Positions 28,283 to 37,675 of a DNA stretch of 64,000 nucleotides are shown here, piece by piece. The notes under the pieces were generated by a model. The model had not been told where the DNA came from and did no database searches. It saw nothing but the letters and a program-made list of their open reading frames with translations. Origin of the DNA: Ilumatobacter sp. Its GTDB lineage: Bacteria; Actinomycetota; Acidimicrobiia; Acidimicrobiales; Ilumatobacteraceae. The translations under genes were made by a program, and so were the position numbers. Where the stretch lies: the NCBI GenBank assembly GCA_013002175.1, contig JABDKP010000038.1:1099-65098 (forward strand). Direction: 5' to 3'. Within the stretch, counting starts at the first letter, position 1. Each line of letters opens with the position of its first letter.

Positions 28283-29481
28283 GGGCATTGCAGGTCCGGC
28301 GGACGCCGGTGAAGCTCGGGATGGCGCGCATCACGTCGGCGCTGTCGCCGGCGGCCGCCGCCAAGGTCGGGCCGCTGGAGCTGCGGCGCATCGACGACCC
28401 GGTTCGGCCCGGCGGCCCCGATGCCGGCTGGCAGCAGGTCCACACCCGGCTGTCGGGGATCTGTGGATCGGACCTCGCGCTCGTCGACGGGCATGCGTCG
28501 ACCTACTTCGAGGACTGGGTCAGCTTCCCGTTCGTACCGGGCCACGAGGTCGTCGGCGAACTCGACGACGGAACCACCGTCGTGCTCGAACCGGTGCTCG
28601 GCCACGCCGCCCGCGGCGTCGCTCCCCCGTTCGACGGTGCCGCCCCGGGCGACGGCGACGACTACGCCCACCTCGCCACTCCGTCGGCCGACGGCCTGCT
28701 CGAGCCGGGCATCCAGACCGGGTTCTGCTGCTCGACCGGCGGCGGCTGGGCGCCCTGGTTCTGGGCCCACGACTCGCAGCTCCACCGCGTGGACATGCCG
28801 GACGAACGCGCCGTGCTCGTGGAACCGTTCGCCGCGGGGATCCACGCCGCGCTGCTCGCACTGCCGACGATCGACGGCGTCGACGACCCGATCATCGCCG
28901 TGCTCGGTGCGGGCACGATGGGCCTCGCCACCGTCGCCGGCCTCGCCCGCTACGTCCCCCACGCACAGATCGTCGTCGGCGCGCGCTACCCGCACCAGCA
29001 GGCCCTCGCCCGCGCGTTCGGCGCAACCGTCGTCGTCGCCGACCGCGAGTTGTTGCGCGCGGTTCGGCGCGCGGCCGGCTGCCACGTGGTGGGCGGGCAG
29101 CTCACCTCGGGCGCCCACGTCACGATCGACGCCGTCGGGTCCAACGCGTCCATCGGCGACGCGCTCGCGATCACCCGCCCCCGCGGGCGAGTCGTGTTGC
29201 TCGGCATGCCCGCCGACGTGTCCCTCGACCTCACCGGCCTGTGGCACCGCGAGACCGAGCTCAAGGGCGCCTACACCTACGGCACCGAAACGCTCGCCGA
29301 CGGCACCCGGCCGACCACGTTCCAGCTCGCGATCGACACCACGAACCATGTCGAGGCCGAACGTCTGCTGTCGGCCACCTACCGCCTCGACGACCACGTC
29401 GACGCGCTCGCCCATGCGGCCACTGCCGGCAGGCGCGGCGCCGTCAAGATCGCCTTCGACCTCAGGAACGCCACCTCATGA
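28279..29481 (+). CDS. Zinc-binding (MDR) dehydrogenase
   Basis: SGICGSD, VPGHE, GAGTMG; structural-zinc cysteines absent; ATGA overlap with upstream gene. Confidence 0.88.
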   Translation: MRALQVRRTPVKLGMARITSALSPAAAAKVGPLELRRIDDPVRPGGPDAGWQQVHTRLSGICGSDLALVDGHASTYFEDWVSFPFVPGHEVVGELDDGTTVVLEPVLGHAARGVAPPFDGAAPGDGDDYAHLATPSADGLLEPGIQTGFCCSTGGGWAPWFWAHDSQLHRVDMPDERAVLVEPFAAGIHAALLALPTIDGVDDPIIAVLGAGTMGLATVAGLARYVPHAQIVVGARYPHQQALARAFGATVVVADRELLRAVRRAAGCHVVGGQLTSGAHVTIDAVGSNASIGDALAITRPRGRVVLLGMPADVSLDLTGLWHRETELKGAYTYGTETLADGTRPTTFQLAIDTTNHVEAERLLSATYRLDDHVDALAHAATAGRRGAVKIAFDLRNATS

Positions 29482-29491
29482 CCCCTGCCTC

Positions 29492-29549
29492 CCCCAAAAT
29501 CTGCCGCTCTCGCTGCGCCCAGCGGGCTGAGATCGCCAAATTTCGGATG
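29492..29549. repeat. ~58-bp imperfect hairpin repeat (family 2, copy B)
   Basis: CCCCAAAATCTGCCGCTCTCGCTGCG...GAGATCGCCAAATTTCG; similar to 8771-8828. Confidence 0.75.
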
Positions 29550-29569
29550 ACGACCGGAGATTTACGCTG

Positions 29570-31156
29570 ATGCCCCGCCCAGGATTCGTGCTCGACGTCG
29601 ACCGTTCCACCCCGCCGATGCTGTTCTGGCGCGGCGAGAACTTCAGTCTGGAAAAGCTGCCGGCCGACCGCACCCGCGTGATCTACCCGCCCGAGCCGTT
29701 GCCCGGCATCGACGACGTCGACGGCGCGATCCGCAACGCGCTCCTCAACCCACTCGACATGGACCCGCTGCCGGCGTTGCTGACACCCGGGATGAAGCTG
29801 ACGATCTGCTTCGACGACGCCAGCCTGTCGTTGCCGAAGATGCGCCGGCCCGACACCCGCCAGCGAATCATCGAGGCGGTCCTCGAACTCGCCGCAGAGG
29901 CCGGCGTCGACGACGTGCACCTGATCGCCGCGCTCGGCCTGCATCGGCGGATGCACGACTACGAGCTGCGCCACGTGCTCGGTGATCGGATCTTCGACGC
30001 GTTCCACCCCCGTGGCCTGCTGTACCAGCACGACGCCGAGGACTACGACAACCTCAGCGTGATCGGCGAGACCGACGAGGGCGAAGTCGTCGAGATCAGC
30101 AAGCGGGTCGCCGAGTCCGACCTCGTCGTCTACGCCAACATCAACCAGGTCGCGATGGACGGCGGGTGGAAGTCGATCACGACCGGTGTCGCGTCGTATC
30201 GCTGCCTCAGCTACCACCACAACCCGGCGACGTTGCAGAACACGCGCAGCCTGATGGACCGTCACCACAGCGCGCTCCATCACAGCCTGTGGCGGATGGG
30301 CGAGGTGCTGCGCGAGCACGGGCCGAAGATCTTCACCGTCGAGACCACGCTCAACACCGACACCTTTCCGTCGCCGTTCGACTTCCTCGCCAAGCGCGAG
30401 TGGGAGTGGACGGCGAAGGACCGGGCGACGTTCCTCGCGACGCAGAAGTCGCTCGACCGCGTGCCGGTCAAGATGCGGCGCAAGATCATGCACAGCATCG
30501 AGTCGCCCTACCGGATGACCGGCGTCCACGCCGGGTTCACGCCGACCGTGCACGAGAAGACGCTCGAGAACGTCTATGCCCAGCACCTCGTCGACGTGGA
30601 GGGGCAGACCGACATCCTCACGATGGGCATCCCCTACATCTGCCCGTACAACCCCGAGGGGATCATGAACCCGATCCTCGTGATGTGCATGGGCCTCGGC
30701 TACCTGTTCAACATGTATCGCGGCAAGCCGTTGGTCCGCGAGGGCGGCGTGATCATCATGACGCACCCGACCTACCGCGACTTCCACTCGGTGCACCACC
30801 CGAGCTACATCGACTTCTTCGAGGAGGTGTTGCCCGACACGACCGACCCGGCCGTGATGTCGGAGAAGTGGGAGGCCAAGTACGCCGAGGACGAGTGGTA
30901 CCGCCACCTCTACCGCACCGGCAACGCCTATCACGGCGTCCACCCGTTCTATGCCTGGTACTGGGGCGCTCACGGCCAGCAGCACGCCGGCCGGGTGATC
31001 ATCGTCGGCGGCGACGCACCGACCGTTCGCCGCCTCGGCTTCACGCCGGCGTCGACGATGAACGACGCCCTCGAGATCGCCGCCGACGTCGTCGGACGGT
31101 CTGCGTCCATCACCCACCTCCACGTCCCCTCTGTCCTCGTCGCGGACGTCAAGTAG
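29570..31156 (+). CDS. Lactate racemase (LarA/DUF2088) domain protein of unknown substrate
   Basis: ALGLHRRM, HDAED, DGGWKSITTGVASYRCLSYHH, KPLVREGGVII. Confidence 0.8.
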   Translation: MPRPGFVLDVDRSTPPMLFWRGENFSLEKLPADRTRVIYPPEPLPGIDDVDGAIRNALLNPLDMDPLPALLTPGMKLTICFDDASLSLPKMRRPDTRQRIIEAVLELAAEAGVDDVHLIAALGLHRRMHDYELRHVLGDRIFDAFHPRGLLYQHDAEDYDNLSVIGETDEGEVVEISKRVAESDLVVYANINQVAMDGGWKSITTGVASYRCLSYHHNPATLQNTRSLMDRHHSALHHSLWRMGEVLREHGPKIFTVETTLNTDTFPSPFDFLAKREWEWTAKDRATFLATQKSLDRVPVKMRRKIMHSIESPYRMTGVHAGFTPTVHEKTLENVYAQHLVDVEGQTDILTMGIPYICPYNPEGIMNPILVMCMGLGYLFNMYRGKPLVREGGVIIMTHPTYRDFHSVHHPSYIDFFEEVLPDTTDPAVMSEKWEAKYAEDEWYRHLYRTGNAYHGVHPFYAWYWGAHGQQHAGRVIIVGGDAPTVRRLGFTPASTMNDALEIAADVVGRSASITHLHVPSVLVADVK

Positions 31157-31168
31157 AGACGTTCGACG

Positions 31169-32167
31169 ATGGCCAAGAAGTCGCTCCGCCGGGCCCAGCA
31201 GCTCGCGGGTTCCGCCGAGCAGGCGGTGCGCGCCGCCGCGACCCCGCTGCGCAACTTCGGCTTCCCGTACCGCGCTCCGACCGTGCCCCGTGGCGTCGAG
31301 GTGCCCGCCGAGATCACCGGGCTCGGCGCCCACTATGACACCGGCTGGGCGCGCCGGCCGGTCGCGTCGTTCGCCCGCGGGCTCATCACCGAGGGGCCGA
31401 TCCGACTCGCGACACGGCTGCTCACCAACCCGGAGATCGTCGGTCACGACCGGCTGGCCGACCTCGCCCGCCTCGACGACCCTCCCGCGCTGATCTTCGC
31501 GCCGACGCACCACAGCCACTTCGACACCGGCCTGATGATCCGCGCGATTCCAGTGGTGTGGCGGCGCGACCTCGTCGTCGCAGCGGCTGCCGACTACTTC
31601 TTCGACAAGAAGTGGAAGGCCGCGATCTCGGCGCTGTCGTTGAACGCAATCCCGATCGACCGTGAGGTCACCGGGCGCGCGTCGTCCGACCTGCTCGCCG
31701 CGCTGATCGCTGACGGCCACAGCCTGGTGATCTACCCGGAGGGCGGCCGTTCCCAAGACGGATGGGGCCAGGAGTTCAAGGGTGGCGCCGCCTACCTGTC
31801 GTCGAAGACCGGTGCACCGGTCGTGCCGGTGTTCATCGACGGCACGGGGGCGATCTTCGGCAAGGGGATGAAACGGCCGAAGCCCGGCCGGACGAAGGTC
31901 GTCTTCGGCCGGCCGATGCTGGCGGACGACGACGAGTCGACCCGCCGCTTCAACGCCCGGATCGAACGCGCGGTCACGACACTGGGCGACGAAGCGCTGA
32001 CCGACTACTGGACCGCTCGGCAACGGGCGGCAACGGGCGACAACCCGCCGCTCACCGGTCCGGAGTTCACCGGCTGGCGTCGCGACTGGGCGCTCGCCGA
32101 TCGCCGCAAGCTCGGTGCGGCCGGCAAACGCCGCCGTCAGCAGCGTCCCTGGCCCGACCTCGGCTGA
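31169..32167 (+). CDS. PlsC-type lysophospholipid/glycerolipid acyltransferase
   Basis: HHSHFD (HxxxxD), YPEGGRS, PVVPV. Confidence 0.9.
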   Translation: MAKKSLRRAQQLAGSAEQAVRAAATPLRNFGFPYRAPTVPRGVEVPAEITGLGAHYDTGWARRPVASFARGLITEGPIRLATRLLTNPEIVGHDRLADLARLDDPPALIFAPTHHSHFDTGLMIRAIPVVWRRDLVVAAAADYFFDKKWKAAISALSLNAIPIDREVTGRASSDLLAALIADGHSLVIYPEGGRSQDGWGQEFKGGAAYLSSKTGAPVVPVFIDGTGAIFGKGMKRPKPGRTKVVFGRPMLADDDESTRRFNARIERAVTTLGDEALTDYWTARQRAATGDNPPLTGPEFTGWRRDWALADRRKLGAAGKRRRQQRPWPDLG

Positions 32168-32227
32168 CATCGCCGGGCAGCGGACATCCCGGTGCCGCGA
32201 TCGGCACCGGGACGCCGCACTCCCGCG

Positions 32228-33139
32228 TCACTCCTCGGACGAACCGCCGTGGCAGGCGAGCGGGTCGGTCGGGAAGCCGGACCCGTTGGTCAGGTTGACC
32301 GCCGGCGCCATGATGATGTCGCTGTTGACCGACACCGAGTCGAGGTTGGCCAGCGCCACGAGGGCGATGCCGTCGTTGGCGAGGGCCGTGTAGGTGGCGT
32401 CGAAGAAGTCGTCGCCGAACGCGTCCGGACCGTACGCGTCGGAGCCGACACCGGCAATGCCGTAGGTGTCGAACAGGTGCTGTACCGCCGGGCCGGAGAA
32501 CCCGGCGTTCTCGAACTCGAACATGTCGTCGGTGTTCGCCGACAGCACGAACTTCTCCTTCGTCGCCTTGTTCTTGTACTTCTCGGTGTCGTGCGCGTCA
32601 CCCGGTCCGTCGAGGCCGAAGAACTCTTCGGCCCCGGTCTGGAGGATGACGAGCGCCCCGTCCGGGATCGGCCCGTTCGTCGCGACGTAGCCGTCGATGA
32701 ACGCGGCGTCGACGAAGTTGTCGGTGAACGACATCCCGCGCACGTCGATCTTGTAGGCCGGCCACACGAACTCGTCTGCGTGGAGTTCGTCGAGCGTCCG
32801 CGCGTCGTCGCTGTCATCGGCCTCGTCGAGGAAGTGGGCCGGCACGTCGATGTGCGTCCCGGCGTGCGTTCCCATGTCGATGTCCTCGACCTTGAAGAAA
32901 TCGACGGCGACCGTGTACAAGTTTCGGACGTGGACTGCCGGGTCACCGGGGAAGATCGACATCCCGGCGTCGAACGGGTGACCGAGCCGGGTCATCCCGC
33001 CGGGGCAGCTGAGCGAGGCGGCTGCTGCGCCCTCACCCGACACCTCGACCGGCCCAGTGACCGACGCACCGACCACCCCCGCCGCCGTGATCATTCCGGC
33101 TGCCAGGCAGCCACCCATCAACTTCTTCGAAAACGACAT
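32228..33139 (-). CDS. Cyclase (kynurenine formamidase/isatin hydrolase-like) family protein with signal peptide
   Basis: HAGTHIDVPAHF, LQTG, GVGSD; N-terminal KK + hydrophobic stretch. Confidence 0.85.
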   Translation of the reverse strand: MSFSKKLMGGCLAAGMITAAGVVGASVTGPVEVSGEGAAAASLSCPGGMTRLGHPFDAGMSIFPGDPAVHVRNLYTVAVDFFKVEDIDMGTHAGTHIDVPAHFLDEADDSDDARTLDELHADEFVWPAYKIDVRGMSFTDNFVDAAFIDGYVATNGPIPDGALVILQTGAEEFFGLDGPGDAHDTEKYKNKATKEKFVLSANTDDMFEFENAGFSGPAVQHLFDTYGIAGVGSDAYGPDAFGDDFFDATYTALANDGIALVALANLDSVSVNSDIIMAPAVNLTNGSGFPTDPLACHGGSSEE

Positions 33140-33246
33140 GAAATCCTCTGTTCCCCTTCGGCCCGCACGCCGGGCAGCTCCCGGCACGCGTCAATTGCAC
33201 CACATGTGTGGGAGGGGGGACGGCATTCGAGCCGCCCGAGTCGCGC

Positions 33247-33264
33247 TTCTTGAGAGATTCTTGA
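33247..33264. promoter_or_regulatory. Heptamer direct repeat TTCTTGA-N4-TTCTTGA (11-bp period)
   Basis: Exact repeat upstream of the cyclase gene; related repeat at 39347. Confidence 0.45.
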
Positions 33265-33293
33265 CGGATGGTGCCCGACGCGACCGCGCAGCG

Positions 33294-35129
33294 TCACCAG
33301 GTGTCGACATTCGGACGCAACCGACCACTGACTGCGGGCGCCGCCGCGAGCAGGATCGTCAGCCATCGGCGTGTGTCGGCGGGGTCGATCACGTCGTCGA
33401 TCTCGAAGTGGGTCGCCACGCTGACCGCCTTGCCGTGCTCGTACATCCGGTCGACCAACTCGGCGAACAGCGCCTCGCGACTCGCGTCGTCGCCGGCTGC
33501 GTCGAGCTCCCTGCGGTACCCGAGGCGCACCGCGCCCTCGAGGCCCATCCCGCCGAACTCCCCGGTCGGCCAGGACAGGCACGCGAGTGGTGCCTTGGTC
33601 GATCCGCCCATCATCGCCTGCGCGCCGAGCCCGTACGCCTTGCGCGTCACGACCGACACCATCGGTACCGAGACGTTCGCTCCGGTGACGAACATGCGGC
33701 TGCAGTGGCGCACCAGCGCCGTCTCCTCCACCTCGGGCCCGACCATCATCCCCGGCGTGTCGCACAGCGTGATGATCGGCAGGCCATGCGCGTCGCAGAG
33801 CTGCATGAACCGGGCGGCCTTGTCGGCGCCGTCGGAGTCGATCGCGCCCGCGAGGTGGTGCGGGTTGTTGGCGATGACGCCGACCGCCCTGCCTTCGAGA
33901 CGGGCGAACGCCGTGACCATGCCGAGCCCGAAGTCGCGACGCAGCTCCAGCACGGAGTCGCTGTCGAACAGGCCGCTGATCACGCGCCGGATGTCGTACG
34001 CGCGCAGCCGGTCGAGCGGCACCATGTCGCGCAGTGCCGTCTGGTCCGGTGCGGTCCACCCCGTCGTCCGGCCCTGGAAGTACGCAACACACCGTTTCGC
34101 CAGCGCGGTCGCCTCCGCCTCGTCCGCCGCCACGATGTCGACGACGCCGTTCGTCCGCTGGACGTCGATCGGGCCGATCGCACCCGGCTCGAACACGCCG
34201 AGGCCGCCTCCCTCGATCATTGCCGGACCGCCCATCCCGATGTTCGAGTCCTCGGTGGCGATCACGATGTCGCAGCAGCCGAGGATCGCGGCGTTGCCGG
34301 CGAAGCAGTAGCCGGCGTTGACCCCGATCAGCGGGACGGTTCCCGACAGTTGCCCGAACCACAGGAACGCGAGGCAGTCGAGCCCGCTGACACCGATGCC
34401 GTCCGTGTCGCCCGGGCGGCCGCCACCGCCCTCGGTGAAGAACACGAGCGGGATCCGCAGCTGCTCGGCGAGCTCGAACAACCGGTCCTTCTTGCGATGG
34501 TTCTGCGTGCCCTGCGTGCCGGCGAGCACCGTGTAGTCGTACGACAGCGCCACCACCTTGCGGGCCCGCTCGTCGGGGAACAGCTCACCGTTGACGTCGC
34601 CGAGCCCGCCGATCAGGCCGTCCGCGGGAGTGTTGGCGATCAGGTCGGCGAGCTCACGCCGTCGGCGCTGTGCAGCGATCACGAGCGGCCCGTACTCGAC
34701 GAACGTGCCGTCGTCGACGAGGTCGGCGACATTCTCGCGCGCGGTGCGCCGACCCCGCTCACGTCTCCTCGCGACGGCGTCGGGGCGCGCCACATCGAGG
34801 CCCGCCGCATGCCGGCCGATCACCTCGGCCACGTCGGGGCGATCGAGCCCGCGGGGGCCGTCCCGGTCGAGCGCAGGTGGCGGCAGCATCGCAGCGCCGG
34901 CTCCGCCGGGGTCGTCGAGCAGGAACAACGAGTCGCCGACCGCCAGCGTCGACCCCTCGGCCACCTTGATCGACGCGATCACGCCGTCGGCCGGCGCAAC
35001 GACCTCGTGGTGCATCTTCATCGACTCGACGAGCGCCAGCACGGAGCCGAAGCGGACCGGCTCGCCAGGCCGCACGAGCACCGACACCACGGTCCCGTGC
35101 AGTTGCGACTCGACGACGATGCCCATCAT
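33294..35129 (-). CDS. Biotin carrier + carboxyltransferase fusion (no biotin carboxylase domain)
   Basis: N-terminal ESMKM; DYTVLAGTQG, EGGGGRPGD, CFAGNA, DTPGMMVG, RKAYGLGA. Confidence 0.88.
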   Translation of the reverse strand: MMGIVVESQLHGTVVSVLVRPGEPVRFGSVLALVESMKMHHEVVAPADGVIASIKVAEGSTLAVGDSLFLLDDPGGAGAAMLPPPALDRDGPRGLDRPDVAEVIGRHAAGLDVARPDAVARRRERGRRTARENVADLVDDGTFVEYGPLVIAAQRRRRELADLIANTPADGLIGGLGDVNGELFPDERARKVVALSYDYTVLAGTQGTQNHRKKDRLFELAEQLRIPLVFFTEGGGGRPGDTDGIGVSGLDCLAFLWFGQLSGTVPLIGVNAGYCFAGNAAILGCCDIVIATEDSNIGMGGPAMIEGGGLGVFEPGAIGPIDVQRTNGVVDIVAADEAEATALAKRCVAYFQGRTTGWTAPDQTALRDMVPLDRLRAYDIRRVISGLFDSDSVLELRRDFGLGMVTAFARLEGRAVGVIANNPHHLAGAIDSDGADKAARFMQLCDAHGLPIITLCDTPGMMVGPEVEETALVRHCSRMFVTGANVSVPMVSVVTRKAYGLGAQAMMGGSTKAPLACLSWPTGEFGGMGLEGAVRLGYRRELDAAGDDASREALFAELVDRMYEHGKAVSVATHFEIDDVIDPADTRRWLTILLAAAPAVSGRLRPNVDTW

Positions 35130-35187
35130 GTGACGGTCTAGCCGAACCGGGTCGGTCGACCGCGAGACGGAGACGCACCGCGCGCAG

Positions 35188-36504
35188 TCAGTTCGTCGGA
35201 GAACGCTGGAACGTCGTGATCGACTGCTCACCCATCACGAGCTCGGCGGTCACCGCGGCGAACAGCGCCGGCACGATGAACCCGGGCTGCCCGGTCGTCT
35301 CCGCGACGAACATCACGGCGGCGAGCGGCACCCGGTAGCCCGCGCCGAGCAACGCCGCGATGCCGAGCAGCACATACAGCGTCGGGTCGAGCGGGTTGAC
35401 CACCTCGCCGACCGCACGGCCGACGAGCGCCCCGCCGACGACGAGCGGGATGAACACACCGCCCACCCCGCCGCCTGCCAACGTGGTCGCCGTGGCAAGA
35501 CAGCGGATGAAGAGGATCGCGATCAGCAGCCACAGCGCACGTGGCTCCAACAGCCAGCCGAACACGTTGTAACCGGGACCGAGGGTGAGGCTCTGCGGGC
35601 CGGCCTCCGAGCCCAGTGCGAGGCTGTCACCGGTGAGGATCCGGGTCAGGACGAACAGGCCGGTCAGCATCGAGCCGGTCACGGCGAGACGGGTCACGAT
35701 CGGGCGCAGCGTGAACGCCTTGGCCATCCGGACCAACTTCGAGAACGCCCGCGCGCCGAGCGCACACCCGATGCCGATCAACACCGCGCCGGCGAGGTCG
35801 CGGTACTGGAACGCCGACGCGCGGTCCGGCGGGAACAGGAAGATCGGCCGCACGCTGCTGAGCGCGACGAACGTGGTGTACCCGGACGCGCTCGCGACGA
35901 GCGCCGGCAGCAACATCCGTCGTGCCATCTGATCGCGGTACGGCACCTCGAGCGCGAAGATCGCGCCGGTTGCCGGCGCCTTGAAGATCGCCGCAACGCC
36001 GGCGGCCGCTCCGGCAACGAGCAGCGTCCGGTAGTCGGCGCCCTTGAAGGCGGCCGGCAGCCGGCGCTGGATGAACGAGCCGATCGCCGAGCCGCCGTAG
36101 AGGGACGGGCCTTCCAGGCCCACCGCGCCGCCCATCCCGAGCGTCGTGATCGACGCCGCAATGCGGCCCATGAACGCCCGCGGCCGCAGCGGATACTCGG
36201 GGTCGTGGAACGCTCGGAGATACTCGTCCGACGTCGCCGGGCTGGCGCCGTTGCCCAGCGTGCGCAGCAGCACCGCCGAGGCGACCAGCCCCAGGCCGGG
36301 CGCAATTGCGGCGAACCAGAGCGGACCGTGCAACACCCGCTCGAATGCCACCTCGGCGACGACGTACTCGAAGAACCGCACGAACAGGCCCGTGATCGCG
36401 CCGGTCACGGCTGCGAGCAGGACGACCTCGCGGGAACGGCGCACGAGGTCGCGCAGCTCGGTGGTGCGGATGTTGAAGTTCGTGGGACGCAGCTTCGTCG
36501 TCAC
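35188..36504 (-). CDS. CLC-family chloride channel/transporter
   Basis: [32 protein letters not shown]; start uncertain. Confidence 0.85.
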   Translation of the reverse strand: MTTKLRPTNFNIRTTELRDLVRRSREVVLLAAVTGAITGLFVRFFEYVVAEVAFERVLHGPLWFAAIAPGLGLVASAVLLRTLGNGASPATSDEYLRAFHDPEYPLRPRAFMGRIAASITTLGMGGAVGLEGPSLYGGSAIGSFIQRRLPAAFKGADYRTLLVAGAAAGVAAIFKAPATGAIFALEVPYRDQMARRMLLPALVASASGYTTFVALSSVRPIFLFPPDRASAFQYRDLAGAVLIGIGCALGARAFSKLVRMAKAFTLRPIVTRLAVTGSMLTGLFVLTRILTGDSLALGSEAGPQSLTLGPGYNVFGWLLEPRALWLLIAILFIRCLATATTLAGGGVGGVFIPLVVGGALVGRAVGEVVNPLDPTLYVLLGIAALLGAGYRVPLAAVMFVAETTGQPGFIVPALFAAVTAELVMGEQSITTFQRSPTN

Positions 36505-36602
36505 TCGCTGGCTCCACACGGCGGCGAAGTCTACGCGGCGCAGTGGACGTCGCCCCGACCGTCCCCGATTCAAAGGTGCTGGTCCTCGTACACTTCGCTT
36601 CC

Positions 36603-37667
36603 ATGTCGATTGCCCTGGTCACCGGTTCCGCAGGATTGATCGGCTCGCAGGCGGCCGAGCACTTCGCCGGGCGCGGGCTCACCGTCGTGGGCGTCGACAA
36701 CGACATGCGCAAGGTGTTCTTCGGCGAGGACAGCTCGACGGCGTGGATGGCGACCGAGCTCGAACGCAAGCTCGGCGACCGCTACCGGCACGCGTCCCTC
36801 GACATCCGCGACCGTGACGCGATCGACGCGCTCTTCCGCGAGTTCGGCACCGACATCGAGCTGGTGATCCACGCCGCCGCGCAGCCGTCGCACGACTGGG
36901 CGGCCCGCGAACCGTTCACCGATTTCGACGTCAACGCCGGCGGGACGCTCAACATGCTCGAGGCGACCCGCGCCCACTGCCCCGACGCCGTGTTCATCTT
37001 CACGTCGACCAACAAGGTCTACGGCGACACGCCGAACCGGTTGCCGCTGCAAGAACTCGACACACGCTGGGAACTCGACCCGGCGCACACCTATCACTCC
37101 GGCATCCGCGAGGACATGTCGATCGACCACACCCTGCACAGCCTGTTCGGGGCGTCCAAGGTCGCTGCGGACGTGATGGTTCAGGAGTACGGCCGGTACT
37201 TCGGGCTGATGACGTCGTGCTTCCGGGGCGGCACGCTGACCGGGCCGAACCACTCCGCCGCCGAACTGCACGGGTTCCTCGCGTACGTCATGCAGTGCAC
37301 GATGAGCGGAACGCCGTACCGCGTGTTCGGCTACAAGGGCAAGCAGGTGCGCGATGCGATCCACTCCTCCGACCTGATCAACTGCTTCGACGAGGTGTAC
37401 CGCGCCCCGCGCCCGGCCGAGGTCTACAACATCGGCGGCGGCCGCTTCTCGAACTGCAGCGTGCTCGAAGCGATCACGATGTGCGAGGACATCAGCGGCA
37501 AACAGCTCGACTGGACGTACGTCGACGAGAACCGGGTCGGCGACCATCTGTGGTGGATCGGCGACAACGGACGCTTCGAGGAGCACTACCCCGGATGGTC
37601 GCTGGCCTACGACGTGCCGGCGATCCTGAACGAGATGTTCGAGGCCAACAAGGACCGCTGGGGCTGA
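36603..37667 (+). CDS. NAD-dependent sugar-nucleotide epimerase (CDP-paratose 2-epimerase-like)
   Basis: [37 protein letters not shown]. Confidence 0.85.
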   Translation: MSIALVTGSAGLIGSQAAEHFAGRGLTVVGVDNDMRKVFFGEDSSTAWMATELERKLGDRYRHASLDIRDRDAIDALFREFGTDIELVIHAAAQPSHDWAAREPFTDFDVNAGGTLNMLEATRAHCPDAVFIFTSTNKVYGDTPNRLPLQELDTRWELDPAHTYHSGIREDMSIDHTLHSLFGASKVAADVMVQEYGRYFGLMTSCFRGGTLTGPNHSAAELHGFLAYVMQCTMSGTPYRVFGYKGKQVRDAIHSSDLINCFDEVYRAPRPAEVYNIGGGRFSNCSVLEAITMCEDISGKQLDWTYVDENRVGDHLWWIGDNGRFEEHYPGWSLAYDVPAILNEMFEANKDRWG

Positions 37668-37675
37668 GTGCGTCG

